This document shows positions 27,018-38,707 of a stretch of DNA of 64,000 nucleotides, piece after piece. The notes beneath the pieces were generated by a model. It made no database searches. It was not told where the DNA came from and worked only from the letters and a program-made list of their open reading frames with translations. This stretch comes from Deltaproteobacteria bacterium (GTDB taxonomy: Bacteria > Desulfobacterota > GWC2-55-46). The stretch is from NCBI GenBank assembly GCA_016234405.1, contig JACRCC010000046.1, forward strand, positions 2,079-66,078, given 5' to 3'. Made by a program: the position numbers and the translations under genes. Each line of letters begins with the position of its first letter. Within the stretch, counting starts at the first letter, position 1.

Positions 27018-27548
27018 ATGAAAAAGACGCTCGTTGCAGTTGCGCTTGTCTCGGCCATGCTCATGGCAACGCCGGCAACATCGGAGGAAAAAGACCACGT
27101 CGCCCCCGGAGGCCCGGGCAAGATGGAAGACGGACAGATGAAAATGGAAAAGCACAAGATGATGCAGGCCATGATGCGCGACATGTTGGGCATGATAAAG
27201 GACACCATGACCATCGTGCGCGACGTTGAGCACAAGCCCAATGACGCGCAGAAGAAAAACCTCGACGCGATGCTAAAACGGCTCGACGAGGTGATAAAAC
27301 GCCATGACGAGGCCGCGTTGGCCAAGTCTGAGATGAGCGAAAAACACAAACAGATGCACGGCATGATGCAAGACGCCCTCGGAATGCTCAGAGACACGAT
27401 GGCCATAGTAAAAGATATGAATCACGCGCCCGGGGCCGAGCAGAAGAAAAAACTCGACGCTATGGTTATAAAGATGGGCGAGATAATGAAACAGCACGAG
27501 GGCATGATGGAGATGGGCCCAGGCATGATGAAGGGACACGACATGTAG
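27018..27548 (+). CDS. Secreted Met/His-rich protein with two ~48-aa tandem repeats (candidate periplasmic Cu/Ag-binding protein)
   Basis: Signal peptide; about 20% Met; repeat 1 MMRDMLGMIKDTMTIVRDVEHKP..., repeat 2 MMQDALGMLRDTMAIVKDMNHAP... Confidence 0.6.
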   Translation: MKKTLVAVALVSAMLMATPATSEEKDHVAPGGPGKMEDGQMKMEKHKMMQAMMRDMLGMIKDTMTIVRDVEHKPNDAQKKNLDAMLKRLDEVIKRHDEAALAKSEMSEKHKQMHGMMQDALGMLRDTMAIVKDMNHAPGAEQKKKLDAMVIKMGEIMKQHEGMMEMGPGMMKGHDM

Positions 27549-27584
27549 TGTGCGCCGTCGTAATGCAGCGTTGAGAAGCCCGTT

Positions 27585-27661
27585 GCGCCCAGCGCCGCTT
27601 TCCGTCTCAAAGGTTTGTCGCAAACGCGAACTTTCGCGCCGGAAAGTGGCGCTGGGCGCGC
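27585..27661. repeat. Repeat family R3 copy downstream of the Met-rich gene (may also act as a terminator)
   Basis: GCGCCCAGCGCCGCTTTCC ... GGAAAGTGGCGCTGGGCGCGC. Confidence 0.75.
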
Positions 27662-27670
27662 ACAAATGTC

Positions 27671-27698
27671 TTGACAGTCAGCAGCCCTATATGATAAT
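27671..27698 (+). promoter_or_regulatory. Sigma70-like promoter TTGACA-16-GATAAT for the atp operon
   Basis: Hexamers seen directly, about 100 nt upstream of the atpF' start. Confidence 0.45.
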
Positions 27699-27807
27699 GA
27701 TTCTCTGTTTATACCCAAGCAAAAAACCAAACAAAAACCAGCGGCGCAAAAGGCGCATACGATAACCCCGCGTCTTAAGGCCGAGTCCCCGCAAAGGCTG
27801 CCCCTAA

Positions 27808-28791
27808 ATGCTTGACCTTGACATCACGATACTCTGGCAGATAATCGCATTCATCATCCTCCTGCCCATCCTCAACAGACTCCTCTACAAACCATTTCAA
27901 AAGGTCTTGAAAGAACGCGAGGAGAAGACGGAAGGCGCGATGAAGTTGGCCGCGAACGCCGAAAAAGAGATAGCTGACGGCATTGCCGCCTATGAAAAGA
28001 GGCTCAAAGAAGCCGCGGTAAAAGGGCAAGAGGAGCGCAATCGCTTGAGGGCAGAGGCTGCCCTGCAGGAAAAAGAGATGCTTGACGCCGCGCGCGCAAG
28101 GGCCTCCTCCGAATTAGCCTCCATGAAGGCCGAAATCGAAAAGAGCAAGACCTCCGCCCTTGCCAAACTCAAAGAAGAGTCAAAGACGATTTCAACGGTC
28201 ATTGCCGAGAAGATGCTCGACAGGAGGCTCGTTGCGGCGCTCCTGTTTTTTATCCTGCCTCTCATTCCTGTGGTTGCGCTCGCCTCAAGCGGAGGCGGCG
28301 AAGGTGGTCATGAGGGCGGCGGCAACGACATGCTCTGGAAGGTCATAAACTTCGCCATCCTCGTTGCGGGCATCGTGATAGTATGGTTCAAAGTCATCCG
28401 AAAAATGCTCGACAACAGGACTCAAGATATAATAAAGGCGCTTGAAGCGGCAAAAAAGGCCAAAGAGTCCGCAGACAAGTTGGCCGCCGAGTACGGGGAA
28501 AAACTCGCGCTCCTTGAAGAAAGCGTCGCGGACGTGCAAAGGAAACTCGCCATCGAAGGCGAGGCGGAAAAAAAGCGGATGATCGCCGAGTCTGAGAAAG
28601 CGGCGGAAAAACTGATAGCTCAGGCGCGTGGCGCGGCTGAACAGGAAGTAAAAAAAGCCAAGTATGAAATAAAAAAAGAGGCCGCCGAACTCGCCGCCCG
28701 CATGGCCGAAGAGATATTGAAAAAAGAACTAACGGGCGCGGATCAAGAAAGACTCGTTAAGACCTACATAGAAAAACTGAGGCTGCACTAA
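27808..28791 (+). CDS. atpF: ATP synthase Fo subunit b' fused in-frame to subunit b, as a single 327-aa ORF
   Basis: Two N-terminal-type TM helices (aa 6-26 and 143-190), each followed by a charged coiled-coil; no stop between them; internal ATG at 28213. Confidence 0.7.
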   Translation: MLDLDITILWQIIAFIILLPILNRLLYKPFQKVLKEREEKTEGAMKLAANAEKEIADGIAAYEKRLKEAAVKGQEERNRLRAEAALQEKEMLDAARARASSELASMKAEIEKSKTSALAKLKEESKTISTVIAEKMLDRRLVAALLFFILPLIPVVALASSGGGEGGHEGGGNDMLWKVINFAILVAGIVIVWFKVIRKMLDNRTQDIIKALEAAKKAKESADKLAAEYGEKLALLEESVADVQRKLAIEGEAEKKRMIAESEKAAEKLIAQARGAAEQEVKKAKYEIKKEAAELAARMAEEILKKELTGADQERLVKTYIEKLRLH

Positions 28792-29336
28792 TGAGCAAAT
28801 CGTCCGCAAGAAGATACGCGAAGGCGCTTTTGGACGTTGGCAAAGAGACCTCCTCGCACGTCCAGTTCGGCCATGAGATCCGCGACGCAGCGGCGGTATT
28901 CAAAGTAACGCCTGAGCTTTACCATGCGCTCCTAAATCTCATGTATAAGACCGAGGAGAGGTTTGCGCTGATGGACAAGGTCTCCTCGGCAGTTAAACTC
29001 TCCCAGCCCGTTGCAAGATTTTTGGGCGGCCTTGTCTCTTCGAGGAACATCCGCCTCCTCGACGACATCGTTGCGGCATACGGAAAGCTCGAGGACGAGG
29101 CCGCCGGACGCCTGCGCGCCGTAGTCGAATCCCCGGTTGAACTCTCCGGCGGCATTCTTGACGTGATAAAAGAAAAGCTACGCGCATCCGCCGGCAAGGA
29201 TGTCGCCCTCGCCTTCCGTCTTAGGCCGGAACTCATCGGCGGTCTTGTCATAAACATAGAAAATACCGTGTTTGACGGAAGCATTAGGACGCAGCTTGAA
29301 CTCATGAAAGAAAAAATAATCCAAGGGGCAGCCTGA
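28791..29336 (+). CDS. atpH: ATP synthase delta (OSCP) subunit
   Basis: OSCP family, overlaps the atpF stop (TAATG). Confidence 0.85.
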   Translation: MSKSSARRYAKALLDVGKETSSHVQFGHEIRDAAAVFKVTPELYHALLNLMYKTEERFALMDKVSSAVKLSQPVARFLGGLVSSRNIRLLDDIVAAYGKLEDEAAGRLRAVVESPVELSGGILDVIKEKLRASAGKDVALAFRLRPELIGGLVINIENTVFDGSIRTQLELMKEKIIQGAA

Positions 29337-29337
29337 C

Positions 29338-30846
29338 ATGATAAAGGTCGAGGAAATAAGCCAGATTATAAAGGCCCAGATAAAGGGCTTTGAAAAAGAG
29401 ATAGACGTAAAGGAGATAGGGACCGTCATATCCATAGGCGACGGCATAGCGCGCATATACGGCCTTGAAAAGGCCCTTGCAGGGGAGTTGCTTGAATTTC
29501 CGGGCGGCCTATACGGAATGGTCTTGAACCTCGAAGAAGACAACGTGGGCGCCGCGATACTCGGCGAGTGCCACACCATCAAGGAAGGCGACACGGTAAA
29601 AAGGACCGGCAAGATAGTCGAGGTCCCGGTCGGAGAGGCGCTCATGGGCAGGGTCGTAAACGCGCTGGCCCAACCCATTGACAACAAAGGGCAGATAGAG
29701 ACCAAACACATGCGCAGGGTCGAGTTAAAGGCCCCGGGCATCGTCGCAAGGAAATCCGTCAAGGAGCCGCTCCAGACCGGCATCAAGGCCATTGACGGCA
29801 TGATACCCATCGGGAGAGGGCAAAGAGAGCTTATCATCGGCGACCGGCAGACGGGCAAGACCGCCGTTGCCATAGACACCATCATAAACCAGAAGGGCCT
29901 CGACGTTTTCTGCATATACGTCGCCGTCGGGCAGAAACAGTCAACGGTATCCCAGATAGTCGAAAAGCTGCGCCAGTTCGGCGCAATGGACTACACCGTC
30001 GTCGTGGCCGCCACGGCAAGCAACCCAGCGCCCTTGCAGTTTCTGGCCCCTTACACGGGATGCGCCATAGGGGAACACTTCAGGGACAACGGCAAACACG
30101 CGCTGATAATATACGACGATCTGAGCAAACACGCCGTGGCCTACAGGCAGCTCTCTCTTCTTTTGAGGCGCCCCCCGGGACGCGAGGCATACCCCGGAGA
30201 CGTATTCTATCTTCACTCAAGGCTTCTTGAAAGGGCGGCAAAACTCTCCGACGAACTCGGAGGCGGTTCGCTCACGGCGCTGCCCGTAATAGAAACTCAG
30301 GCGGGCGACGTGTCGGCGTATATCCCGACCAACGTCATCTCCATCACGGACGGGCAAATATTCCTCGAAACGGACCTCTTCTACTCCGGCATCCGGCCGG
30401 CCATCAACGTGGGTCTTTCGGTCTCCCGCGTCGGCGGAAGCGCGCAGGTAAAGGCCATGAAGCAGACTGCCGGGACGCTGAGGCTCGAACTCGCCCAGTA
30501 CAGGGAGCTCGCGGCGTTCGCCCAATTCGGAAGCGATCTCGACCCGACTACGCAAAAACAACTCGCAAGGGGCGCAAGGCTCGTCGAGATACTCAAACAG
30601 GGCCAATACAAACCCCTGCCCGTCGAAAAGCAGGTGCTCATCATATACGCCGCGACCAACGGCTTCGTTGACGCCTACCCAGTTGCCGCGCTGAAGAGAT
30701 ACGAAGAAGAGCTATACACATTCTTCGAATCGAAACACCAGGACGTGCTGCATGAAATCCGCGACAAGAAGAACATAGACGCTGAGTTGAAGCCCAAGCT
30801 CGTCAAAGCCCTTGAAGAATTCAAGGCGCTCTTCGCGGCCTTGTAG
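29338..30846 (+). CDS. atpA: ATP synthase alpha subunit
   Basis: GDRQTGKT P-loop, alpha-subunit signature. Confidence 0.97.
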   Translation: MIKVEEISQIIKAQIKGFEKEIDVKEIGTVISIGDGIARIYGLEKALAGELLEFPGGLYGMVLNLEEDNVGAAILGECHTIKEGDTVKRTGKIVEVPVGEALMGRVVNALAQPIDNKGQIETKHMRRVELKAPGIVARKSVKEPLQTGIKAIDGMIPIGRGQRELIIGDRQTGKTAVAIDTIINQKGLDVFCIYVAVGQKQSTVSQIVEKLRQFGAMDYTVVVAATASNPAPLQFLAPYTGCAIGEHFRDNGKHALIIYDDLSKHAVAYRQLSLLLRRPPGREAYPGDVFYLHSRLLERAAKLSDELGGGSLTALPVIETQAGDVSAYIPTNVISITDGQIFLETDLFYSGIRPAINVGLSVSRVGGSAQVKAMKQTAGTLRLELAQYRELAAFAQFGSDLDPTTQKQLARGARLVEILKQGQYKPLPVEKQVLIIYAATNGFVDAYPVAALKRYEEELYTFFESKHQDVLHEIRDKKNIDAELKPKLVKALEEFKALFAAL

Positions 30847-30866
30847 CTCAGGCCTTTAGGCCTGAA
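30843..30866. repeat. Short R1 repeat copy (GTAGCTCAGGCCTTTAGGCCTGA) containing the atpA stop codon
   Basis: The TAG of gtagctcagg is the atpA stop. Confidence 0.7.
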
Positions 30867-30909
30867 TTTATCATAACCGATAAACCTTTATGCATCATAA
30901 GGCAGGGAC

Positions 30910-31794
30910 ATGCCGAGTTTAAAAGATATAAAACGCAGGATAAAGAGCACCAAAAATACGCAGCAGATCACGAAGGCCATGAAGATGGTCTCCGCCGCCA
31001 AGCTCAAGAGGGCGCAGGACGAGATCACCGCGGCACGGCCTTACGCCGAGAAGATACAAGAGCTAACCCTCTCTTTAGCGGCCAAAACCTCCCCTGAGAG
31101 CCATCCGCTCCTGTCAGGCGCGGGCGGGACTAAGATCGGCCTCATCCTCATGACATCGGACAGGGGACTTTGCGGTGGGTTCAACACCGTGCTCCTTCGC
31201 ACGGCGGACAGGTTTATCGAGTCTCGCGGCGACGCCCAGACCACCCCCGCGATAAGCCTCTACCTCATCGGCAGACGCGCCATGGAGCACTTCAAGAGAC
31301 GCCAATATATCCTCTTGAAGTCAAAAAACGCCGGCACCGGAAGGCCGAATTATTCGGCGGCAACGGAGACCGCCAAGGAGCTCATCGGCCTCTATCTCAA
31401 CGGCGAACTTGACGAAGTCCATCTCGTCTACAGCGAGTTTAAATCCGCCCTCACCCAAAGGCCGGTTGTCCACAAGGTGCTCCCGATAAGCGCGGAAAAG
31501 ACCGCCGGAAAAAATGATACTGAGCCGGAAGACGTAGAGGCCATCTTCGAGCCGTCGCGTGACGCCGTGCTCAAAAGCCTGCTGCCGAAATACGTAGAGA
31601 CGCAGATCTTCAGGGCCATGCTCGAATCTTCGGCGAGCGAACACGGGGCGCGCATGACCGCAATGGACTCGGCGTCAAGAAACGCAAAGGAGATGATAGG
31701 CGGACTTACTTTAAAGTATAATAGGCTCCGTCAGGCCGCCATCACAAAAGAGCTGATGGAAATCGTCGGCGGCGCAGAGGCCCTCAAGGGTTAA
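30910..31794 (+). CDS. atpG: ATP synthase gamma subunit
   Basis: Gamma family N- and C-terminal helices (ITKAMKMVSAAKL ... LTLKYNRLRQAAITKEL). Confidence 0.95.
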   Translation: MPSLKDIKRRIKSTKNTQQITKAMKMVSAAKLKRAQDEITAARPYAEKIQELTLSLAAKTSPESHPLLSGAGGTKIGLILMTSDRGLCGGFNTVLLRTADRFIESRGDAQTTPAISLYLIGRRAMEHFKRRQYILLKSKNAGTGRPNYSAATETAKELIGLYLNGELDEVHLVYSEFKSALTQRPVVHKVLPISAEKTAGKNDTEPEDVEAIFEPSRDAVLKSLLPKYVETQIFRAMLESSASEHGARMTAMDSASRNAKEMIGGLTLKYNRLRQAAITKELMEIVGGAEALKG

Positions 31795-31804
31795 ACTACC
31801 CGCC

Positions 31805-31972
31805 GCAGCTCAGGGCTTAGATGAGCAATTCCTTTTCCCCCTCCCCCCTCGTGGGGGAGATGGATAACGGATGTAAAGACATGCCAAGGCATGTCTTTAC
31901 GGGTGGGGGCAGCCCTGATAAAGTCTCAGACCTAAAGGTCTGAGCTACTGAAGGCCTGAGCTACGGTCTGAT
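31805..31972. repeat. Composite repeat in the atpG-atpD spacer: R2 element (with internal perfect palindrome GTAAAGACATGCC/GGCATGTCTTTAC) followed by R1 units
   Basis: R2 also at 58579-58660; R1 units gtctcagacctaaaggtctgagctactgaaggcctgagctacggtctga. Confidence 0.75.
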
Positions 31973-32021
31973 AGAATCGTATTACAAGCGTAATAGAACC
32001 ATCCATCGGATAAGCGGATAA

Positions 32022-33458
<1,437 letters not shown>

Positions 33459-33475
33459 CAGGTTGGCGATTGCCG

Positions 33476-33554
33476 GGTATCAGTTATCGGTTATCGGTGA
33501 AGGTAAAAAATAATCATCCTTAAACGGATAACGGACAACCGACAACCGATAACT
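33476..33554. repeat. Repeat family R4 copy in the atpD-atpC spacer
   Basis: gttatcggttatcggtgaaggtaaaaaataat...acggataacggacaaccgacaaccgataac. Confidence 0.75.
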
Positions 33555-33564
33555 TTTTTTACTT

Positions 33565-33978
33565 ATGGCAAACACATTCTTACTCGAAATAGTAACACCC
33601 TATAAAAAATTCCTCTCTACCGAGGTGAACACGGCCGCTGCGCCCGCCTTCGAGGGTGAAATAGGCATCCTTGCCGGTCACACCCAGTATATAACCATAC
33701 TCAAACCCGGCGAGATATCCTACAAAAAGGGCGCTGAGACGAGGCTCATAGCCGCAGGGAAAGGCTACGCGGAGGTGGGACATACAAAGACCATAATCAT
33801 CGTTGAGGCCGCTGAAGAGGCCGTGGACATTGACCTGGCAGGCGCAAAAGAGACGCTCGCCAAATGCGAAGAAGCCCTAATAACCCTCTCCCCTGAAGAC
33901 CCGGCGTATCAACCGACCGTTGACGAATACGAACTCGCTCAGGCGCGGATTCGAGTGAAGGAGAAGTTTAAAGGCTGA
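33565..33978 (+). CDS. atpC: ATP synthase epsilon subunit
   Basis: Epsilon family, about 137 aa. Confidence 0.9.
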   Translation: MANTFLLEIVTPYKKFLSTEVNTAAAPAFEGEIGILAGHTQYITILKPGEISYKKGAETRLIAAGKGYAEVGHTKTIIIVEAAEEAVDIDLAGAKETLAKCEEALITLSPEDPAYQPTVDEYELAQARIRVKEKFKG

Positions 33979-34020
33979 CGGGTGAAACGATATCGCCTGA
34001 ATGACAAAAGAATGTCTAAC

Positions 34021-34053
34021 AAAAAAAACGGGGCCTTTAGCCCCGTTTTTTTT
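34021..34053. terminator. Bidirectional rho-independent terminator (A-run / GGGGCC stem / T-run)
   Basis: aaaaaaaacggggcctttagccccgtttttttt between convergent atpC and holA. Confidence 0.85.
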
Positions 34054-34100
34054 GTTAGGTGTGGACTAACTCAACAGGCATAGCGCGCGAATTCCAGGCC

Positions 34101-35141
34101 CTACGCCGCGCCTCTCCTGCATGACTCCAATATGAACCGGTGTATCACGACGGACAACGGGGCCTTTCCGGTCTTGAGACTTACGTCCGCTCTGTGAAGC
34201 CTCTCTATGGCCCCGCGCAGCTCCCTTTCCGTGAAGTTGGCGCTGCCCTTCCTGTATCCGTCTACGAATCTCGGATTTACGCCGAGCGCGGAAGGCAGGT
34301 CTCTTGGGTCAACCCCTTTTCTGATAAGCGCCTTTGTCTTAAGTAAAATCCTCAACTGCCGCGCTATGGCGCCGACAATCACGTACGGCTCTTCCGACGA
34401 TACCTTTGCATAGACCTTAAAGGCGGCCTTAGCGTCCTTTGCGCCGATCGCCTCGGAGATGCCGTATATGGTCTCCTCCCGGCAGTCAAGGCACGCGTCT
34501 TCCACGTCCGAAATGTCAATGGAAGGTTTATCTCCGGCGTAAAGGAACGCCTTTTCTATCTCTCCCTTAACGTCGCGCAGCCGGGACCCCGCAATCTCGA
34601 CGAGCCTTCTTGCCGCCCCCGTGCTTATCGTCTTGCCAAGCGCCTTGACCTCTTTTTGCGTCCTGTCAATCAGCTCATTCTCATCAAGACGGTAAAAAAC
34701 CTTTACGACGCCTTTTTCATCAAGGTATTTTACGAGCGGAGATTTCATGTCAGGTTTTTTCACGTCAGACGTGAATATGAGACAGGTGGACGGCGACGGG
34801 TTTTGAACGTATTTGAGAAGGGCTTCCTCTTCCTTTTCCTTTTTTAAAACGGTGGCCGCGTTTTTGAGGACATCCTCTTCCTTTTCCTTTTTGGCGCCCA
34901 TGTTCTTTACGAGGATGACCCTATAATCCGAAAAGGCGGGCATGGTTGAGGCCGCCGCGACTACCTCTTCGGCGGATAGACCCTTGCCCTCGAAGACCTG
35001 ATAATTCATGGATGCAAAGGCGCCGGTCAATGCCGCGGCCTTTATCGCGTTGACCTTCTCCTCGATGAGACAGTCTTCAACGCCGCATAGGTAGTAGACG
35101 GGCTTTAGCGGCTTCGCGTCTGAGGTTTTGCGTTCTGCCAT
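34101..35141 (-). CDS. holA: DNA polymerase III delta subunit HolA
   Basis: Delta N-terminal domain; conserved leuS-lptE-holA synteny. Confidence 0.8.
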   Translation of the reverse strand: MAERKTSDAKPLKPVYYLCGVEDCLIEEKVNAIKAAALTGAFASMNYQVFEGKGLSAEEVVAAASTMPAFSDYRVILVKNMGAKKEKEEDVLKNAATVLKKEKEEEALLKYVQNPSPSTCLIFTSDVKKPDMKSPLVKYLDEKGVVKVFYRLDENELIDRTQKEVKALGKTISTGAARRLVEIAGSRLRDVKGEIEKAFLYAGDKPSIDISDVEDACLDCREETIYGISEAIGAKDAKAAFKVYAKVSSEEPYVIVGAIARQLRILLKTKALIRKGVDPRDLPSALGVNPRFVDGYRKGSANFTERELRGAIERLHRADVSLKTGKAPLSVVIHRFILESCRRGAA

Positions 35142-35148
35142 ATTTCGC

Positions 35149-35667
35149 TCAGAACATCTCGAGCATCCGCTCTTTTATCCTGCGGGCGGTGTCTTTAGAA
35201 AGTTTTCTGAACGCCTCAAACTCCGCCTCTTTCGTGGCCGTTACATCTGAGGCATTGACCGCATAATCCTCGTAGTCGGTGACATCCAAGTCTTCCCAGA
35301 AGACCTTATCATCCTTTAGGCTTTTCATGCGGATAGAAAGTATCACCGTGAGCCTATACTCTTGATTTATGTCGCTCTTGGTGAAGGATACGGCCGTGAG
35401 CGAATATGATTTTATCACGCCCTCCATCACGGCATCGGCGGTATCAGAGACCGAGACCGTATTCATAAACTCGCTTACGAACGCGCCGGTGATAGTCCCC
35501 TCTATGCCGGGCTTGGCCGTGTTATTGAGGAAAACGGGGATGGAGACAGACGCTACGCCGCCCGGCATCTTTCCGCCCTTGCCAGCGACGTGGTAGCCGC
35601 AGCCTCCGGCAAAAAGGAGCATTGCGAGGAAGAGGAAAAATATTCTTAAATGCGCCAGCGCCCTCAT
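35149..35667 (-). CDS. lptE: LPS-assembly lipoprotein LptE
   Basis: Lipobox LFAGGC; about 170 aa; located between leuS and holA as in proteobacteria. Confidence 0.7.
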   Translation of the reverse strand: MRALAHLRIFFLFLAMLLFAGGCGYHVAGKGGKMPGGVASVSIPVFLNNTAKPGIEGTITGAFVSEFMNTVSVSDTADAVMEGVIKSYSLTAVSFTKSDINQEYRLTVILSIRMKSLKDDKVFWEDLDVTDYEDYAVNASDVTATKEAEFEAFRKLSKDTARRIKERMLEMF

Positions 35668-38270
35668 GAGACCACCATGCTTACGAGTTTATTGGGCACG
35701 TAGACGAATTTTTTAAGCGTCTTGTCCCTCGTCCATTCCTTGACCTTCTCGTCGCCGAGCGCCATCCCCCTCACCGCGTCCTCCGTGGAGCCTGGGGGCA
35801 CGTTTATCTTTCCCCTGACCTTTCCGTTTATCTGCACCACGACGAGGACGCTGTCGCGCTTGAGCGCGGCCTCATCGTAAACGGGCCAGCGCGCCTTATG
35901 AAGCGCGGTCGTATGCCCTAACTTCTCCCACAGTTCCTCTGCGATATGCGGCGCAAACGGCGTCAACAACGCCACGACCGCGTTAAGCGATTCCATAAAA
36001 ACCCGGAGACCCGCGTCTTCAGGCGATGCGCCGTCCCTGCACGGATTGAAAATATACAAGGCGTTGACAAGCTCCATTATCGCGCTGATGGCCGTGTTGA
36101 AGTGAAACCTCTCCTCGATGTCATGCGTAACCTTTTTGATGGTCTCATGCGTTATGCGGCGGATGTCCTGGGCGTCAGAACTCAAGACCCCTCCGGGGCG
36201 CGGGTCATAGGCCTTTACGCCCTTGACTGCGGACAGGTTTTCATTCACAAGCCTCCAGACCCTGCCCAAAAACCTGTAACTCCCCTCCACGCCGTCCGCG
36301 CTCCAATCGAGGTCTTTTTCGGGCGGCGCGGCAAAAAGCGAAAAAAGCCTCGTGGTGTCGGCGCCGTATTTCTCAATTATCTTATCAGGGTCAACGACGT
36401 TTTTCTTTGACTTTGACATCTTCTCGACTGCGCCGGCCTCCACCGGATGCCCGCAGCGTCCGCACTTGCCGCCGGCAGCCTCCTCAGGGAACAAAAAACC
36501 GTGCTCAGGGCATTTTTGCGTCTCCTTGCAGACCATGCCCTGCGTGAGGAGGTTTGTAAACGGCTCGTCAAACCCGTGGAGGCCGAGGTCTCGCAGCGCC
36601 TTCGTGAAAAAGCGCGCATAGAGAAGGTGCATGACCGCGTGCTCTATGCCGCCGACATATTGGTCCACCGGCATCCAGTATTCCGCGTCTTTCTTGTCAA
36701 AAGGCAGACCGGTCGCCATTGGTGAGCAGTATCTCAGAAAATACCATGACGAATCCACGAAGGTGTCCATGGTGTCGGTCTCGCGCCGCGCCTTTGACCC
36801 GCACTTGGGGCATTTGACGCCGATAAAACCCGGCGACTCGACAAGCGGAGAAAGCCCCTTGCCGGTGAACGACACGTCTTCGGGAAGGACAACCGGAAGG
36901 TCGTTATACGGCACGGGAACCGCGCCGCAGGCCTGGCAATAGACAATCGGTATCGGACAGCCCCAATATCTCTGGCGCGATATTCCCCAGTCCCTGAGCT
37001 TATAAGTAATTGAACCCTTGCCGACTCCTTTCTCCTCGAGGAGTTTCACTATCCCCTTCATGGCGTCCGTGTTTTTCATGCCGTTAAACCGTCCGGAATT
37101 CACCATGACACCTTCGTCCGCGTATGCGCATTCCATCGCATCGGTATCGAACGTTTGACTCGGCGGATTTATAACCACCCTTACCGGCAGCCCGTAGGTC
37201 TTTGCAAACTCAAAGTCCCTCTGGTCGTGCGCCGGGACAGCCATGACCGCGCCCGTGCCGTATTCCATCAAGACGAAGTTGGCTGCATAGACCGGCGCCC
37301 TATCCCCGTTGAGAGGATTGATGCAGTATGCGCCGGTGAATACCCCCTCTTTTATTTCCTCCCCCGCTCCCCTGTTAACGCGCCGGTCGGCCTTGACCTT
37401 TGCGGCAAAGGCCTCGACGTCGGCCTTGCGCTCGGCCGTTGTAATCTTTGCGAGGAGCGGATGCGAGGCGGCAAGGCTCATGAAGGTTACGCCATATAAA
37501 GTGTCCGGCCTTGTGGTGAATATCTTTATTGCTTCATCTGTCCCGTCCACCTTGAAGGAAACCTCCGCGCCCTCGCTCCTGCCTATCCAGTTGCGCTGCA
37601 TGACGAGAACCTTTTCAGGCCAGCCAGGCAGCTTATAAGTACAGTCGAGAAGTTCATCGGCATACGCGGTTATCTTCAAAAACCACTGTTCAAGTTCTTT
37701 GGCGTCTACGATGGTCGAGCACCTCCAGCACAACCCATCCTCCACCTGTTCGTTGGCAAGGACGGTTAAGCACGATGGGCACCAGTTGACCGAAGAGCGT
37801 TTCTTGTAGGCCATCCCCTTCTCGAAGAGTTTCAGGAATATCCACTGATTCCATTTATAATAATCGGGCAGGCACGTGGCGACTTCTCTATCCCAATCGT
37901 AGCCGAGGCCCATGCGTTTCAACTGGGTCTTCATGTTGGTTATATTCTCACGCGTCCAGTTTGCGGGATGGATGCCGTGCTGTATGGCGGCGTTCTCGGC
38001 GGGCAGTCCAAACGAATCCCACCCCATCGGATGCAGGACGTTACAGCCCCTCATCGTGAGAAAACGCGCAAGCACATCGCCGATGGAATAGTTCCTCACG
38101 TGCCCCATGTGAATCTTACCCGAAGGATAAGGAAACATCTCAAGCACGTAATACTTCGCGCCCTGAGCGTCTCTCGACGCCTTGAACGCGCCGTCTCTCT
38201 CCCAAATTGACTGCCAACGCGCCTCGATTGTCTTCGGGTCGTATCTGACTTCTATTTCGCCCACGTACAC
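35664..38270 (-). CDS. leuS: Leucyl-tRNA synthetase LeuS
   Basis: HMGH (HIGH) and KMSKS motifs, CP1 editing domain, 868 aa. Confidence 0.97.
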   Translation of the reverse strand: MYVGEIEVRYDPKTIEARWQSIWERDGAFKASRDAQGAKYYVLEMFPYPSGKIHMGHVRNYSIGDVLARFLTMRGCNVLHPMGWDSFGLPAENAAIQHGIHPANWTRENITNMKTQLKRMGLGYDWDREVATCLPDYYKWNQWIFLKLFEKGMAYKKRSSVNWCPSCLTVLANEQVEDGLCWRCSTIVDAKELEQWFLKITAYADELLDCTYKLPGWPEKVLVMQRNWIGRSEGAEVSFKVDGTDEAIKIFTTRPDTLYGVTFMSLAASHPLLAKITTAERKADVEAFAAKVKADRRVNRGAGEEIKEGVFTGAYCINPLNGDRAPVYAANFVLMEYGTGAVMAVPAHDQRDFEFAKTYGLPVRVVINPPSQTFDTDAMECAYADEGVMVNSGRFNGMKNTDAMKGIVKLLEEKGVGKGSITYKLRDWGISRQRYWGCPIPIVYCQACGAVPVPYNDLPVVLPEDVSFTGKGLSPLVESPGFIGVKCPKCGSKARRETDTMDTFVDSSWYFLRYCSPMATGLPFDKKDAEYWMPVDQYVGGIEHAVMHLLYARFFTKALRDLGLHGFDEPFTNLLTQGMVCKETQKCPEHGFLFPEEAAGGKCGRCGHPVEAGAVEKMSKSKKNVVDPDKIIEKYGADTTRLFSLFAAPPEKDLDWSADGVEGSYRFLGRVWRLVNENLSAVKGVKAYDPRPGGVLSSDAQDIRRITHETIKKVTHDIEERFHFNTAISAIMELVNALYIFNPCRDGASPEDAGLRVFMESLNAVVALLTPFAPHIAEELWEKLGHTTALHKARWPVYDEAALKRDSVLVVVQINGKVRGKINVPPGSTEDAVRGMALGDEKVKEWTRDKTLKKFVYVPNKLVSMVVS

Positions 38271-38395
38271 CTCGTAAAAAAATATTTTTTGATTATAAAA
38301 GTTCTGACGCTAAATTGCAATGGAAACGGGGCGCGGGAAAGACTCCCATGAATTATCTGTAGTGACCGGTTTTTATGCGGGAGGGGCGGCGTAAT

Positions 38396-38471
38396 TGGAG
38401 GCGGCGAGCGGATTTGAACCGCTGAATGGCAGTTTTGCAGACTGCTCCCTTAACCACTTGGGTACGCCGCC
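38396..38471 (-). tRNA. tRNA-Cys (anticodon GCA)
   Basis: GGCGGCG acceptor stem, anticodon loop CUGCAAA, T-arm GGTTCAAATCC, encoded 3' CCA. Confidence 0.85.
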
Positions 38472-38590
38472 CTTGAATGGATTAGATGTTTTTCAATACC
38501 CCTCTTTTCTAAAGAGGGGCTGGGGAGATTATTAATATAAATTTACAGCCTCGGATTGTCAAGACAAAACCATCGGAGGGGACAAAACAA

Positions 38591-38675
38591 GCGGGGCGTC
38601 CAGCGCCGCTTTGGATCGCCGATGTTTGTTGAATATGACAACTTCGGTAAACCAGAGCGGCGCTGGACGCCCCGC
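38591..38675. repeat. R3-variant palindrome (GCGGGGCGTCCAGCGCCGCTTTGG ... CCAGAGCGGCGCTGGACGCCCCGC)
   Basis: 24-bp near-perfect arms flanking a 37-nt loop. Confidence 0.7.
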
Positions 38676-38707
38676 CTTAAAGACGATGCAATGGACTGAC
38701 CGGCGTT

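Noticed and set aside
28160-28348. Separate subunit-b start downstream of the AGGAGG at 28223-28228 (e.g. a TTG in another frame)
   Set aside because: The only frame producing a b-like protein is continuous with b'. Out-of-frame candidates give nonsense peptides. Fusion or internal initiation at the ATG at 28213 is the more economical reading.
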